From: Lama guanicoe
Lineage: Eukaryota
Assembly (NCBI GenBank): GCA_013239625.1
Contig: MU053652.1
Location: 1,614,001-1,678,000 of the forward strand
Direction of reading: 5' to 3'
DNA length: 64,000 nt
The notes beneath the pieces are model-generated. The model was not told the DNA's origin and ran no database searches. It worked only from the letters and a program-made list of their open reading frames with translations. Positions 38,611-50,700 of the stretch are shown here, piece after piece. A program made the translations under genes and the position numbers. The stretch's first letter is position 1. Each line of letters starts with the position of its first letter.

Positions 38611-39914
38611 CTCATTTCGGGAGGTAATTGCTATTTTAAACTACTCCATAATAACTTTCTTCTCTGCCACTCAGGAATCTGAGAAGATGGTGCTATTTCA
38701 TGAAAATTAGTGTGCGCTCTTCACTACTTGCCACGTAGAACAAAGCCTCAATTTCTTTAATCAAAATGATGATCAGCTTCTAAAAATGATTCCCATCTCC
38801 CCTGAGATGATGCAGAATTAAAACTTGATTTCCAAGAAGGGAAACTGGCAGCGTGCTTGGGTTTGACTCAGAGCCTTTCAGTTCTGTCTCCGCACCCCTT
38901 TCCCCCTCTGCCTAGTGCGGCGAGTCCTCCGGGGCCATCTTGGGGTCACTCGGCCACATTCCTTGCCTTGAGGAGTCAGAGTTGGGCTGAATGCTACCTC
39001 CAATACTTTGTTTTAAAAACCAGCTAAACGATGACCCAGGCGAGAAACGGTGGGTGGGACCTGGGATGGCGATGAGGTTTCCTACTTTGGGGCATCACTT
39101 AGGAGGGTTGAAGGATTGATGTCCTGGAATGGAAACCACTGGGGAAGTCCAGCTTTGCCAGGACAGAGCAGCCTCGGGCAGCTCTGGGGGGCAGGGACAG
39201 GCAGCTCAGCCCACCTGTGGGTCCGGAGCTGGGGTGGAAGGGCTGCCGTTGGCTCACCCCTGTGGTGGTACCCAGTGGGGCTCTGGGGAGGCAAGCTGGC
39301 GCCCACCTCCTTGCGAGTTCCTCATTCTCTTCCATTTCTCTTATTTGTTTTCTAATCAGTCCCTTTCGTGGTGTGTAAAATGAGAGGCTAGTTATTCCTA
39401 TCACACGTTATTGTTTCCTGTGGGTTCCCGCCTCTCCAGGCGCAGTAATTCCAACATCCCCAGATGAGGGTGACAAGTGTTTGAGATGCATAACTGTGTC
39501 TCATTTCAGCGGCTAATAGAAGATGGAGAATGAGCGCTGGCACCTTTCTGCTCAGTAAATTTATAATTACAGGCTTCCTCGTCTTGCCTCTTGCAAACTA
39601 GAGAGCTGTTGATTGGCTTGTGGGTCCGTGAGTGTGTACAGTGAGGCGGGGGTGTGGCAGGCACACTTCCCCCAGTGCTCGGCAGGTTCCAGTACGGGGA
39701 CTGTAGAGGGCCAGTGGCTGAGGCCTGGCCTGCACCTGCCTGTCTGGAATGAGGATTACCAACCCTGCTGGAATTTGGTTGTTGGCAGCAGTGTCCTGAG
39801 AGTCGTGCTAGCCAGGAGAGCATGTGGCACTCAAAGAACAGGCTCATCCAGACCAGGGAGCGATGGGGAAGTGGGTTCAAGTAAAGTCAGAAGACGGGCT
39901 GCAGGCAGTGGAAA

Positions 39915-40025
39915 GAGACCTGGGTTTGGAGTCCAGGGACGTGAGCCTAATCCTTCTCTACCTTGAACTCACTGTGTGACCTCCTGCAAGTCAGTTAACT
40001 TCTCTGGATCACAGCTTCCTTAGGG
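39915..40025 (+). mobile_element. MIR fragment
   Basis: tttggagtccag...actcactgtgtgacct...caagtcagttaacttctctgg. Confidence 0.6.
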
Positions 40026-41720
40026 AGTTGTTGATTGGCTTGTGGCTTTTCCCCTGAAAAGCAGGTAGCACCCTCCTGACCCCAGCGATCAGTGCTCTGG
40101 TCAGTGCAGTAATGGGGGCCCAGGGCGCGGTAATGGTTCTGCAGGTGCTGGTCCTCTCCATGCCTCTAGCTCCCCTTCCTGCCAGTCAGAAGAGAATTCT
40201 TGAGTCTCCACTCTGTCGGGTGTGGCCCTGGGACTGTGGACACACTAGTGAGCAGGGCAGGCGCTCCCCGCCCTGACGGAGCTCAGAGGCCTCAGCTCTG
40301 TCCTCAGTTCTTTTGGCAAAGGCTAAATCAACAGGGGCACGGAGGCTCCTCTCTGGGGGTGGAGGCTGTGCTCTCTTCCTCCCAGGGCCACCCTGACAAG
40401 TCCTGGTCCCTTGCCAGCCCTGTCTCCTCCTGACTCTCACGAACCATGCTCTGCAGACAGACTCCTCCCGGCTTGCGCCTGGCTGAAATGCCCTTGCTGT
40501 GGCTCTGCGGACCCTTCCCCAAGGGGGTCCAAATGCCATGGCCTCCCCAAGGCCTCCCACAGCCTTCTCCTTGCTCCTGCACCCCAGGTTAGAGGCCAGC
40601 TGTCTTCACGTGATCTCCTGAAGTCTGTCCTGTAATGTTTCACTGTCTGAGTAACTGGGGTTCCTGCAGCATCTGTCTCCCTGACTCCGGGTTCTTCAAG
40701 GGCCCGGTCCAGCCTCAGCCATCCTTGGATCCTGCGGCGTCTTGCCCATTTGGAGTGTGACCTGAGCATACGTTTGCCATATGGGAGAGCAGATGAAGAC
40801 CCTCGACTTGCATGACTCCTGTCGGTCGTGGGCGTGCCGTCTGCTGGTTCCCCTCCTCTGATGTTTTTTTGTGAGGGGACTTGTGGTTTTCACTGGGACT
40901 TTAGTTGACAGTGTCAAGTCTTTGCTTTCTTCTTTCTTCTCTTGGTTCCCATTTAACCTGGCACTCTCCCTGCCGGGCTGGGGGTTTCTGTGGTTCAGCC
41001 ATCTACCTCTTCCCATCACCTTGTTTCTGAGTTGTTTCAGGGGAAAATGAGAGAAATTCCAAAGAGCTGAGATGTCCCCAAATAAGATGTAGGCCATTTC
41101 TGCCCAGATCTCTCCCATACTGGTAAAAAATATGAAACCATCCTCTGGAAACACATGCAGAGAAAGCGTCTTGAATAGAAATGAATGAGACCACTAGGAC
41201 GGAAAGCTATTTCGTTCTGCAGGGAGTTACTTATTTATTTATTTACTTGACTACTTCTTAAAGCATTTGTTCTCTGCCTTTAATGAAAACCTCTCAGAGG
41301 AGGCCCCGCTGTGGGTGGCAGCCAAGATCTGCCTCATTAAAATGACGTCGGGGCTCCAAGCTGGGCAGTGTACCCGAGGGCCTGGTGCCGCCACGACGCA
41401 GAGGGACCCAGGATGTGGGTTTTCAATTTGGCCTCATGCACCCTCCGGCGGGGGCAGGGGGTGTGCACAAAGGAGAAGTTTCCCCTGCAGTAGGTGCCAC
41501 CCAGGTTTAAACTATTCTGCTCTATGAACGGCCACCGGAGGACATCCCCATCTGTGCCTGGCTGGGGTGAATTGAGATGGTCGAGCCGTGCAGCCCGAGA
41601 ACCTGCCACACACTTGGATGGCCCTGGGTTGAGTCTGCCTCTAGGGCTTTTAGCAGTGCGACTCGGGTAACTCCCCTCAGCTGTGAGGAAGGGGTGTCAG
41701 TAGTACTTACTTCAGGTGGC

Positions 41721-42070
41721 TGCTAGTCAGGGTCCCAGCAGGAAGCATCACACATGCAAACTGGGCTGTTTGCACAAAGGTTAATAGAGGGGCTCTTGAC
41801 TTCTAAGAGGCCGGGCAGCGTTTGAGGGTAGGAACGTTGAGGCCCATTAGCTCCTCTAGGACCAAACGGAGGCAGGCAGGAGGTGGTTCACAGAACCTGG
41901 GGATGGGGAGGCCCCAGTTCGTGTGGCTCCCCTCCCCTCCCCCTCTCACCAGGCTTCTGCTGATTCTCCCCAGTGGCTGCGTCTAACCAGCCAAGGGCAA
42001 GGAGCCCACGGATGTGCCGTCCATACAGCCAGCCTTCTTGGGTGGAAGGGTGGAAGGCAGATCTGGAGGG
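41721..42070. mobile_element. Possible old LTR remnant just upstream of the first coding exon
   Basis: tgctagtcagggtcccagcaggaa...gttaatagagggg resembles ERVL-class LTR ends; weak. Confidence 0.3.
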
Positions 42071-42441
42071 GCAGATGGAAGATCCCCAGCACTGAAAGGT
42101 TTATTAAGATGAAATGAGAGTCTCTGGAAGGTGCTGGATTGGGGCTGACACAAAGTTGGGCATTCTGTGGACACTGGCTGTTTATCACCACCATCAACAT
42201 CATCACGATTGTCTTCATAGTCACCCTCGCTAGTATTATTACTGAAACGCCCTCCTGCTGCCACCCAGCTCGGGCTGACCCACACCCACGCTGGGGACCA
42301 GCCCCCTTGCCCCAGCTCCCCCCATCATCATCCTCTGTTTCAGTGTGTGCAGAATGCTTTGGGGGTCCAGCCAGACAAGCTATGGGGGGAATGAAGCCTC
42401 TGCCTTTATGACGCAGCATCGCCTCTTTCCTTTTCCTGTAG

Positions 42442-42522
42442 GGAGCCTGTGATCCTGAGTCCTGGCCCTCCCAGGACACTGCTGTGCGGAGTGCGACTGT
42501 GCCCCAAGGACGCGTCTCTGAA
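42442..42522 (+). other. PLXNA4: 5' UTR portion of the first coding exon of PLXNA4
   Basis: Polypyrimidine tract and acceptor cctctttccttttcctgtAG|G ending at 42441; 81 nt with no ATG before the start codon. Confidence 0.8.
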
Positions 42523-43707
42523 ATGAAAGCCATGCCTTGGAACTGGACTTGCCTGCTCTCCCATCTCCTGATGGTGGGGATGGGCTCCTCCACTCTGCTC
42601 CCCCGGCAGCCACCCCCGCTGCCCCAGAAGCGGCCTTTTGTCACGTTCCGCGGGGAGCCCGCCGAGAGCTTCAACCACCTGGTGGTGGACGAGAGGACAG
42701 GGCACATTTACGTAGGGGCCGTCAACCGGATCTACAAGCTCTCCAGTGACCTGAAGGTCCTGGTGACCCACCAGACAGGGCCGGACGAGGACAACCCCAA
42801 GTGCTACCCGCCCCGCATCGTCCAGACGTGCAACGAGCCCCTGACCACCACCAACAACGTCAACAAGATGCTCCTGATAGACTACAAGGAGAACAGGCTG
42901 ATTGCCTGTGGGAGCCTGTACCAAGGCATCTGCAAGCTCCTGAGGCTGGAGGACCTCTTCAAGCTGGGGGAGCCTTTCCATAAGAAGGAGCACTACCTGT
43001 CGGGGGTCAACGAGAGCGGCTCTGTCTTTGGGGTGATTGTCTCCTACAGCAACCTGGACGACAAGCTCTTCATCGCCACGGCCGTGGACGGGAAGCCAGA
43101 GTATTTCCCCACCATCTCCAGCCGGAAGCTGACCAAGAACTCAGAGGCGGACGGCATGTTTGCTTATGTCTTCCACGATGAGTTTGTGGCCTCAATGATC
43201 AAGATCCCTTCAGACACCTTTACCGTCATCCCTGACTTTGACATCTACTACGTCTACGGCTTCAGCAGTGGCAACTTTGTCTACTTCCTGACCCTTCAGC
43301 CTGAGATGGTGTCTCCCCCAGGCTCCACCACAAAGGAGCAGGTTTATACCTCCAAGCTCGTGAGGCTTTGCAAGGAGGACACGGCCTTCAACTCCTACGT
43401 GGAGGTGCCCATCGGCTGCGAGCGCAGCGGGGTGGAGTACCGCTTGCTGCAGGCTGCCTACCTGTCCAAAGCTGGGGCCGTGCTCGCCCGGACCCTCGGG
43501 GTCCGGCCGGAGGACGACCTCCTCTTCACCGTCTTCTCCAAAGGCCAGAAGCGGAAGATGAAGTCCCTGGACGAGTCGGCCCTGTGCATCTTCATCCTGA
43601 AGCAGATCAACGACCGTATTAAGGAGCGGCTGCAGTCCTGCTACCGGGGCGAGGGCACGCTGGACCTGGCCTGGCTCAAGGTGAAGGACATCCCCTGCAG
43701 CAGTGCG
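42523..43707 (+). CDS. PLXNA4: Plexin-A4, first coding exon (signal peptide + most of Sema domain), 395 codons
   Basis: Translation MKAMPWNWTCLLSHLLMVGMGSSTLL...FNHLVVDERTGHIY...CYPPRIVQTC...DLAWLKVKDIPCSSA is the plexin-A4 N-terminus as I recall it. GC3-rich codon usage; ATG at 42523; donor GCG|GTGAGT at 43707/43708, phase 0. Confidence 0.98.
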
Positions 43708-46639
43708 GTGAGTCCTGGGAGGGCCTGTGGGGCTGGGACGGCGTGGTGTGGAGGCCTCGTCTGTGGCCTCCGTGGGGTGTGAATCATCTGTCCCATTTTG
43801 CAGATGAGACAAGCACATCCCACCTCTGGGTCTCCTTGAACTCAGATCTTCACCAGCTCAAACATGCTGTGACTGTGGCACTGAGCTTATAAGAGTCAGA
43901 ACTGGACCTGAAACATAGCTTTCCTCTTGGCCATTTTCTCTGTCGTGACTGGCTCACTGGCCATCACAGGCAGGGCTGGTGTAGGCGGGAATCATGTGAT
44001 GTTGATACCATGTGCCCTAGGTGTTGTTGAAGGCTGGATTGTCGTGTCCTGTGATACGACTCCTGCACCCGCCTTCTTACCGACCATGCCTGCGAGTCAC
44101 TTCCCTGGGAGCTTAGAGTAAAACCGCTCCTGGGAGTAATGGAGGCAGTCAGTCTTCATTTGGGATAGATACAGAACTTCAGGGGAGTTATGTTTTTAGC
44201 CCCTTGTGTATCTTTAGGAAATGGCAAAAAGAGAGCAGAAGAACTAGGGTGAGAGTCCAGTGAACATGGAGGGGAAAACAGAGCTTGCTTAGAAAACTTT
44301 ATTTGTTTAGCATCTTCTGTGTGCACATTTCCATGGAGGAGACATGGCACAAAGTCCGGAAGCAGCCACAGAACAATACTGGGTGGCAGAAGGGCTGAAG
44401 GGAACCAGAGGAAGGGGAGAAGGAAGATTGGTTTAGGAGACCTGCGCAGGGCCTGTGCGGCCTGAGGGACAGAGCGGACTACAGGTGCCACGGGTACCAC
44501 AGCCTCCTGCCTCTCCCAGCCTGACTCACTTGTGACCCAAGAGGAAAAGCATCTGCCTTTCTGTGGCTTGACTTCTATTCATCTTTAAAATGGTCCAGTT
44601 TTTCCTCAACCATTCTTCAGGCGACATGGAAAGTTCAGCTGTTGGCATCTTCTATACCCTATGTTACTTACTCTCCTTTCCCTTTTTCTTTTTTATTGTC
44701 CATTGGAAAAATTATGGTCCTAGTCTGAGAAAATCAATTTTATAATCTTAAGGTAGGGAGAAGAAAGGAAAATTCACTCACCGGATAGAAGTACGCATTT
44801 GCATGGACGTGAGTCTTGACTCCTAGTAAAACTTTGGTGGAATTCCGTATTAGGAAAATGAATTTGGATTGCTTGCCAGGCAGATCGCAGAGGGCGCTGG
44901 CACCCCCTCCCCAGCATGGGGTAAGAAGGCCATTCCTCCAGGCATTGAATTTGGGGTGGGGGCAGGGAGAAGGAGGAGAAAGAAGGACCCAGTGAAGTGT
45001 GTCTTTGGTGCCCTCACATTTAAGTTCAGGCTGTTTTCTAGTGACAAATTTTCCAGGTATCTGAACTGGAACTAAAAGATGCCATTTCTTCTTGGAGGTC
45101 CTTAAAAACCAGGAGACCCCTAGTGTCACCTAGGAAATGGGAGAGGCATCATGGACCAGAGAAGGAAGCAATACACTGACCATCATTGCCAGACCAGAGA
45201 ACTGAGGGGATTCCACTATATCCGCTGAGCCCTAGTGGGTGACATATCTTTTGGAGACCTTGGTCTAGACAGTACATGATCCACTCAGGAGAGCCTATGA
45301 GACAGGTTTGTGAACTTGGGTGGGGGAATGGACTGCTCCCAAATGAAGGCGACGAATGAAAAGTCAGATGCTGTGCGGTGCGTGTGTACATTACATACTC
45401 AGACACGGGTCCCTGGGGAGATGCCTTAAACATGTCGGCATGGGGAAGGCACCTAGAAATCCCCGTCTGTACGTTCATTCTGAGGCCCATCAAGGTGACT
45501 GAGTTGCCCTGGGTCATGTATCTTGTGAGTGACTAGCAGAGACAGCATTTCAGGAGAACCCCCCTTGCCTCTCATCACCACACTTGCATGCACGCACATA
45601 CACCCGTACACACATGCGTGTGCACGTACACAAGAATTACCCCCGCCCCCGAGCATGCGCACGTACACCCTGCGTTAGAAAATAGCAAGTGTATGCTAGA
45701 CAACCAGCTCTTTTGAGATCAGAGGGGTTGGCTGTTTTTTTCTGTGGAAAACTTGCTCAAATCCTGCCTTTTGGGGCGATGCTTTTGGGAGTAAAACCAG
45801 CTGCAGGGATCATTCTGGCTGCCCATGGGCAAGTGTTTGTCCTGCCCTTGCTCTGCCATAATACAAAAGGCAAAGTTCATCATGGGAGTCTGCAGAGCTG
45901 CAGGTCCTAACATCCGCATGGCGGCCTTGGAGAGAACAGAGGAAGGCAGCTTTGCAAGACTGGCTGTTGCCAGGACTGGGAGTAATGGAGCCAGATAACA
46001 AGCTTTTGATTTTTCTTGGGGCTTTAATTAGCCCTTTCAAGTTAGAGGCAAGTTCAGGGCTGAGAGCAGAAAGGAGGAGGCCAGAAACTCTGCACAGGAC
46101 TGGGGCTGTCTCCCCAGCCAGTCTAAAAGGCCACTCCGGCTTTTAGTGCGCAGTATCGGTTTCCTTTGATTCAGCCGATACTCGGGTTACTTCGCTTTGG
46201 GGCTCAGCTATGGTTCTTTTGGTCTCAGCTCAGACCACACGTGTTTCACACGCCTTCAGCCAGGCCGGGCTCCTGAGTGGCCCCGTTGAGGGGGCCTCGC
46301 AAGCACACCATTTGCAAACCCAGCGTTCCCTCCACTCATTCATTCACAAGACCGCTGGGTCCCTTTGCTTTTGGTCTTCTTTCCTTGAGGTACGGATGGA
46401 TGAGATGAACCCTGGAGTTCTTTTCTGCTCGAGTCTAGAATTCCCTTGAGGCCTGCAAAGGGGAACCAAATTTCAGTTGGACTCTGTCCTGTGGTGTTTC
46501 CCCTGCAGGGAAGTGGAGGAGGGAGGGAGGCCCGGGAGGCTGACTTTAGGACCTATTTTTTGTAGGGTTGGGGTCCCTTGTGGGTTTTGTCATAGTTACA
46601 ACTCAAAGAGCTTGAAAAGGGGCTATGATTTGTGGCTCA

Positions 46640-47752
46640 TTTTTAAATTGAGATGTAACTGACATGTAACAGTATTTTAGCTTCAGATGTACAACATAGT
46701 GAATTGATATTTGTATATATTGTGAAATGATCATCACAAGAGTCTAGTTAACATCCATCACCACACATAGTTACACAATTTTTCTTATGATTAAGAAATT
46801 TTAAGACCTACTCTCTTAGCCACTTTCATATATACAATAGAGTAATTTTTCTTTTTATTAACTTATTTTTGTTGAAGTATAATTGATTTACAATGTTGTG
46901 TTAGTTCTGGTGTACACCCAAGTGATTCAGTTGTGTATATATATACATATTCATATATATATATATATATGTTCTTTTTTCATGTTCTCTTCCATTATAG
47001 TCTATAACAGGATACTGAATGTAGTTCTCTGTGCTATATAGTAGGACCTTGTTGTTGATCTATTTGATATGTAGTAGTTTGTATCTACTAATCCCAAACC
47101 CCTACTTTATCCCTCCTGCCCACTTTCCCCTTTGGCAGCCATAAGTTTGCTTTCTATGTCTGTGAGTTTGTTTCTGTTTTATAAATAAGTTGTGTCATAT
47201 TTTAGGTTTCACACATAAATGATACTATATGGTATTTGTCTTTCTTTGTCTGACATATTTCACCTAGTAATAATCTCTGGGTCCATCCATGTGGCTGCAA
47301 ATGGTATTATTCCATTCTTTTTTATGACTGAGTAGTATTCCATTGTGTATGTATGTGTGTGTATATATATATATATCTTCTTTATCCATTCATCTTTCAG
47401 TGGACATTTAGGTTGTTTCCAGGTCTTGGCTATTGTAAATAGTGCTGCTATGAACATTAGGGTGCATGTGTTTTTTCAAAAAAGAGTTTTCTCTGGATAT
47501 ATGCCCAGGAGTGGGATTGCTGGATCATAGGGTAACTCTATTCTTAGTTTTTAAAGGAACCTCCATACTGTTTTCCGTAGTGGCTATACCAATTTACATT
47601 CCCATCAACAGTGTAGGAGGGTTCCCTTTCCTCCACACCCTCTCCAGCGTTTATTATTTACAATACAGTATTATTAACTATAATCACCATGCTGTACATT
47701 GCACCCACAGGATTTACTTATTTCATAACTGGAAGTTTGCACCTCTTACCCA
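46640..47752 (-). mobile_element. Older L1 3' end (46640-46844 + 47659-47752) interrupted by a younger L1
   Basis: tttttaaattgagatgtaactgacat...ctactctcttagc...tacaatagagta continues after the insert as tacaatacagtattattaactata...catgctgtacatt. Confidence 0.8.
46845..47658 (-). mobile_element. Younger 5'-truncated L1 (cetartiodactyl-like 3' UTR) with (TA)n
   Basis: Minus-strand ORF MFIAALFTIAKTWKQPKCP...DEWIKK...TMEYYSVIKKN...FAATWMD (L1 ORF2); left end ttgaagtataattgatttacaatgttgtgttag. Confidence 0.93.
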
Positions 47753-50700
47753 GTGACTCATTTTTATTGTGCTCCTGTTGTCCTGTTTCCTTAAGCTAGA
47801 ATGCTCGTCCTCTGGTGCCTCTCAGGCTTTTCTGACCCCTTCCACTTCCTTGGACCCATATTCCTTAACCTGAACTCGCGCCTCCAGGACTCGGAGCAGA
47901 GAGCAGTAAGAGCCCTGAGACCCTGACCTCCTCACTAGGTCCCAGCTGTGTTTGGCTGTGCTCAGGGAAGATGGGGTTGGGGCAGGGCTTCCCTATATGG
48001 GACATCTGTGGAATCACATGGTGGCCCACACCCTGGTGACGAGGCAGAGGGAGAAGCGTTGGACTGGGATGCTGAAGCCTCAATCTGCAGGCCCCAGAGA
48101 GTGACCTGTTGTCTTTATTCCAGGTGACCCAGGAAAGGCTGGCTGAGCCCACATCAGAGTTAAGGGTCGACCGGCCAGGAGAGGCATTCTCATGGGAACG
48201 TGTCCCTGGGGACATCAGTGCGTGTTACAAATGCAAATTCCCGAGGGGGCATTGGATGTAGAGGCTGGCGAAGCAGACCAGGTGTTTGCTAGTGCCTGGG
48301 GGAGATGGAAACAGCTTCTGCCTTTGCCTTCAGGCCATTCTTTCTTGCGTCCTGGTTTTTCCCAGCCTGGATGGAAAGAGGTCTCCAAGAACAAATGATC
48401 CGGCATCTGAAAATTGCTCTAAGGACCTCAGAAGAGCCTGGGAAGAAGGAGGGTCCTAGAGGGGTCAGCCAGGGCTCCTCCCAGTGTGTCTTAGGATTTG
48501 GGGGACTAAAGACCACCCAAGACCCTGAGCTAAGCAGCGTCATTAAGGATAATGATGTAATTTCTCCATTTCTGCTGCTCAGCACTGTGGTGATCTCTAG
48601 CTTTGGTCCCTTTGAAGGCTGCTGCTTGGGCTCTCCAAGCCCTCTGTCTGCAGAGCCGTGATGACTGGGACGAGGAGCTCACAGCCTGAGGCTCCTGTCG
48701 TGTGCCATGGCCCAGAGGTGGGTGGCAGCTCTCCCTCCGCCCCTTTCTGGGAGCCCCTGACCTGGAGTAGGGCAGCTGGGCTGGAGAGTGTGCTGTTGAG
48801 GGCCAGGGCTGCTATGTTCTACGTGGGCTGAGAGGCCTGGCCCCCAGGCATGGCTCTCTATACATCCTCAGCCTCTCTTCAGCCCTCTGGGGGAACCTCA
48901 CAGAACAGTAGGCTTTCTCTCTTCAAGTGAATTAATGAATGGACGAAATGCTTATGAGGCCCTTGGCAGTGTGCTCTCTCCTGGTTGATGCCAAGAATCA
49001 TGAAACGACATGGGTCTCCAGGAGCCTAGGAGTCCAGGAGAGAGACGTACCCGAGCAGGTCCATGTGGCCTGTGTGATGGGAGCAATAGCTGTGGCCATG
49101 CGAGTGACCGTCACTCACGCCATTTAAATATTCCCTCAGTTTGGAGCCAGTTGAGAAGTGGACGTAGGAGTCGGGCAGTGTCAGCCTTAGTGCTGACAAG
49201 GCTGGATGGGGTGAAAATCAGCCTCTTAATCTTCTCCTTAAGACTTGAACTTAGAGTGACCTTCCAAAAGGAAGTGTAGGTCCATGGGGCAACTATTATC
49301 CAGTATCGCCACCTCACACTTGTCCAGCAGAGCGAGGTGGCCTCCGAGCTGCCTGATCATCTCCCTGTGGGATTCGTGCGGCGCAGACAGTTTACAGAGG
49401 GCTCCATCGCCACCTCTTCTCTCAGCAGTCCCGCAGGGTAGCAGAAAAGGCAGACATCCTGTCCAGCTGAGGAAACGGAGAAACAGGAAAGTCAAGTGCT
49501 TCACTGAAGGGCATGTCATTGATAGACTAGAACATTCCATACATCCTAAATTCCCAGCCCAATGCTTTTCCCGCTCGTGTTTCTCAGCGGTGCGCCAGCG
49601 GCCCCTGGGGTGGGATGATTCACGCTGAAAGGGCTCTCTGGGCGTTGCCAGGCATTCACACTGCTGAGCCCTGCAGCCCTAAGTGCCAGTGGAACTAGAA
49701 AAGCCCCTTGTGTTTCCTGAAGCCTGTGATTGAAAACCATTGCTAGACCAGGTGCCTGACTTTAGGGTTTGCTCACCGGCCCTGCTCAGTCCCACAAGGT
49801 TCATAGAGGCACACAGGACTGACCTTTTATTTAACCCCAAGCTTCACTTCGTGTCTGGCGGCAGGAGTGGTGGAGAAGAACCCCGTTCGGGTGCATTGTT
49901 GCTTTGACTCCTATCCATTGCTCTCAGGCATGGCAGCCCTGGGAGGAGACGGGGTTCCCCCCTGGACTCAGGCTGGCCTCCCATCCTGGCCTGGATGGTC
50001 ACTCAGATTCATCTGGCGCCTGGGATCCTGAAACTCCACCGGAGTGCGTATCCGGAATGGCCGGGCAGCCATCCCAGGCTCCGGGCGCTGCTTGCTGCCA
50101 GTCTGCTTGGGCTGTTTTCTTTTCCTGTCGACAGGAAGTGCAGCTCTGACTAGATGGGTGTATCCTGTTGTTTATGGCTCGAGGCAAGGTTTTCTCTTTC
50201 TGCTCAGCCACAGTCCAGGAAGTCCTCCTCCTGCCTGCCCCATCCCTCCGTTCCAAGTCCACTGCATTTGAGACACACGCGCGCACACACGCACACACGC
50301 ACCAGGGCCCACAAAACACGCACACCATATACCACACTCAAGTCCCAGTGACAGTGCACATCACAATCTCCTTTCACATCAGCCCATCACCCCCAACAGC
50401 CCGCTGATGTTGGGGGCCTGCCATATCACAAGCCCAGTCTGTCTAGATTCAAGTTCCCCCTCTCCCCTTGAGATGACTTCTACCCCAGGGATCCTGGAGA
50501 AAAGGCCAGCCACCTCCCTCTTTTCGGCCAGTGGAATTTGCACTGAAAGTTGCATCCCAGCTAAGGAAGTACACATGGTACTTTGGGCTACAGGGTGGTA
50601 GCTGAGCCCTGACGGGTATGCTGGGCCTGGCGAGAGGAAAGGGCTTGAGGCTGGCCTCCCCGGATGCCACCCTGGAGCCCATCGGGCCAGCAGGAGAGTG

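Larger units (their letters stand above)
1..42441 (+). other. PLXNA4: Probable large 5' intron of PLXNA4 (non-coding first exon upstream of window)
   Basis: The first coding exon starts with a splice acceptor. The upstream 42 kb is repeat-rich, with no CpG island and no recognisable coding exon. Confidence 0.7.

Noticed and set aside
42600..43760. CpG-island promoter over the coding exon
   Set aside because: CpG enrichment is essentially confined to the coding sequence and explained by codon constraint; methylation data would be needed to claim more.
42484..43782. The 432-aa ORF as a complete single-exon gene starting at GTG
   Set aside because: Plexin similarity runs from ATG 42523 to the splice donor at 43707; the extra residues are UTR and intron.
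41946..43818. Long minus-strand ORFs (253, 195 and 202 aa) overlapping the exon
   Set aside because: Largely antisense shadows of a GC3-rich coding exon; no recognisable domain.
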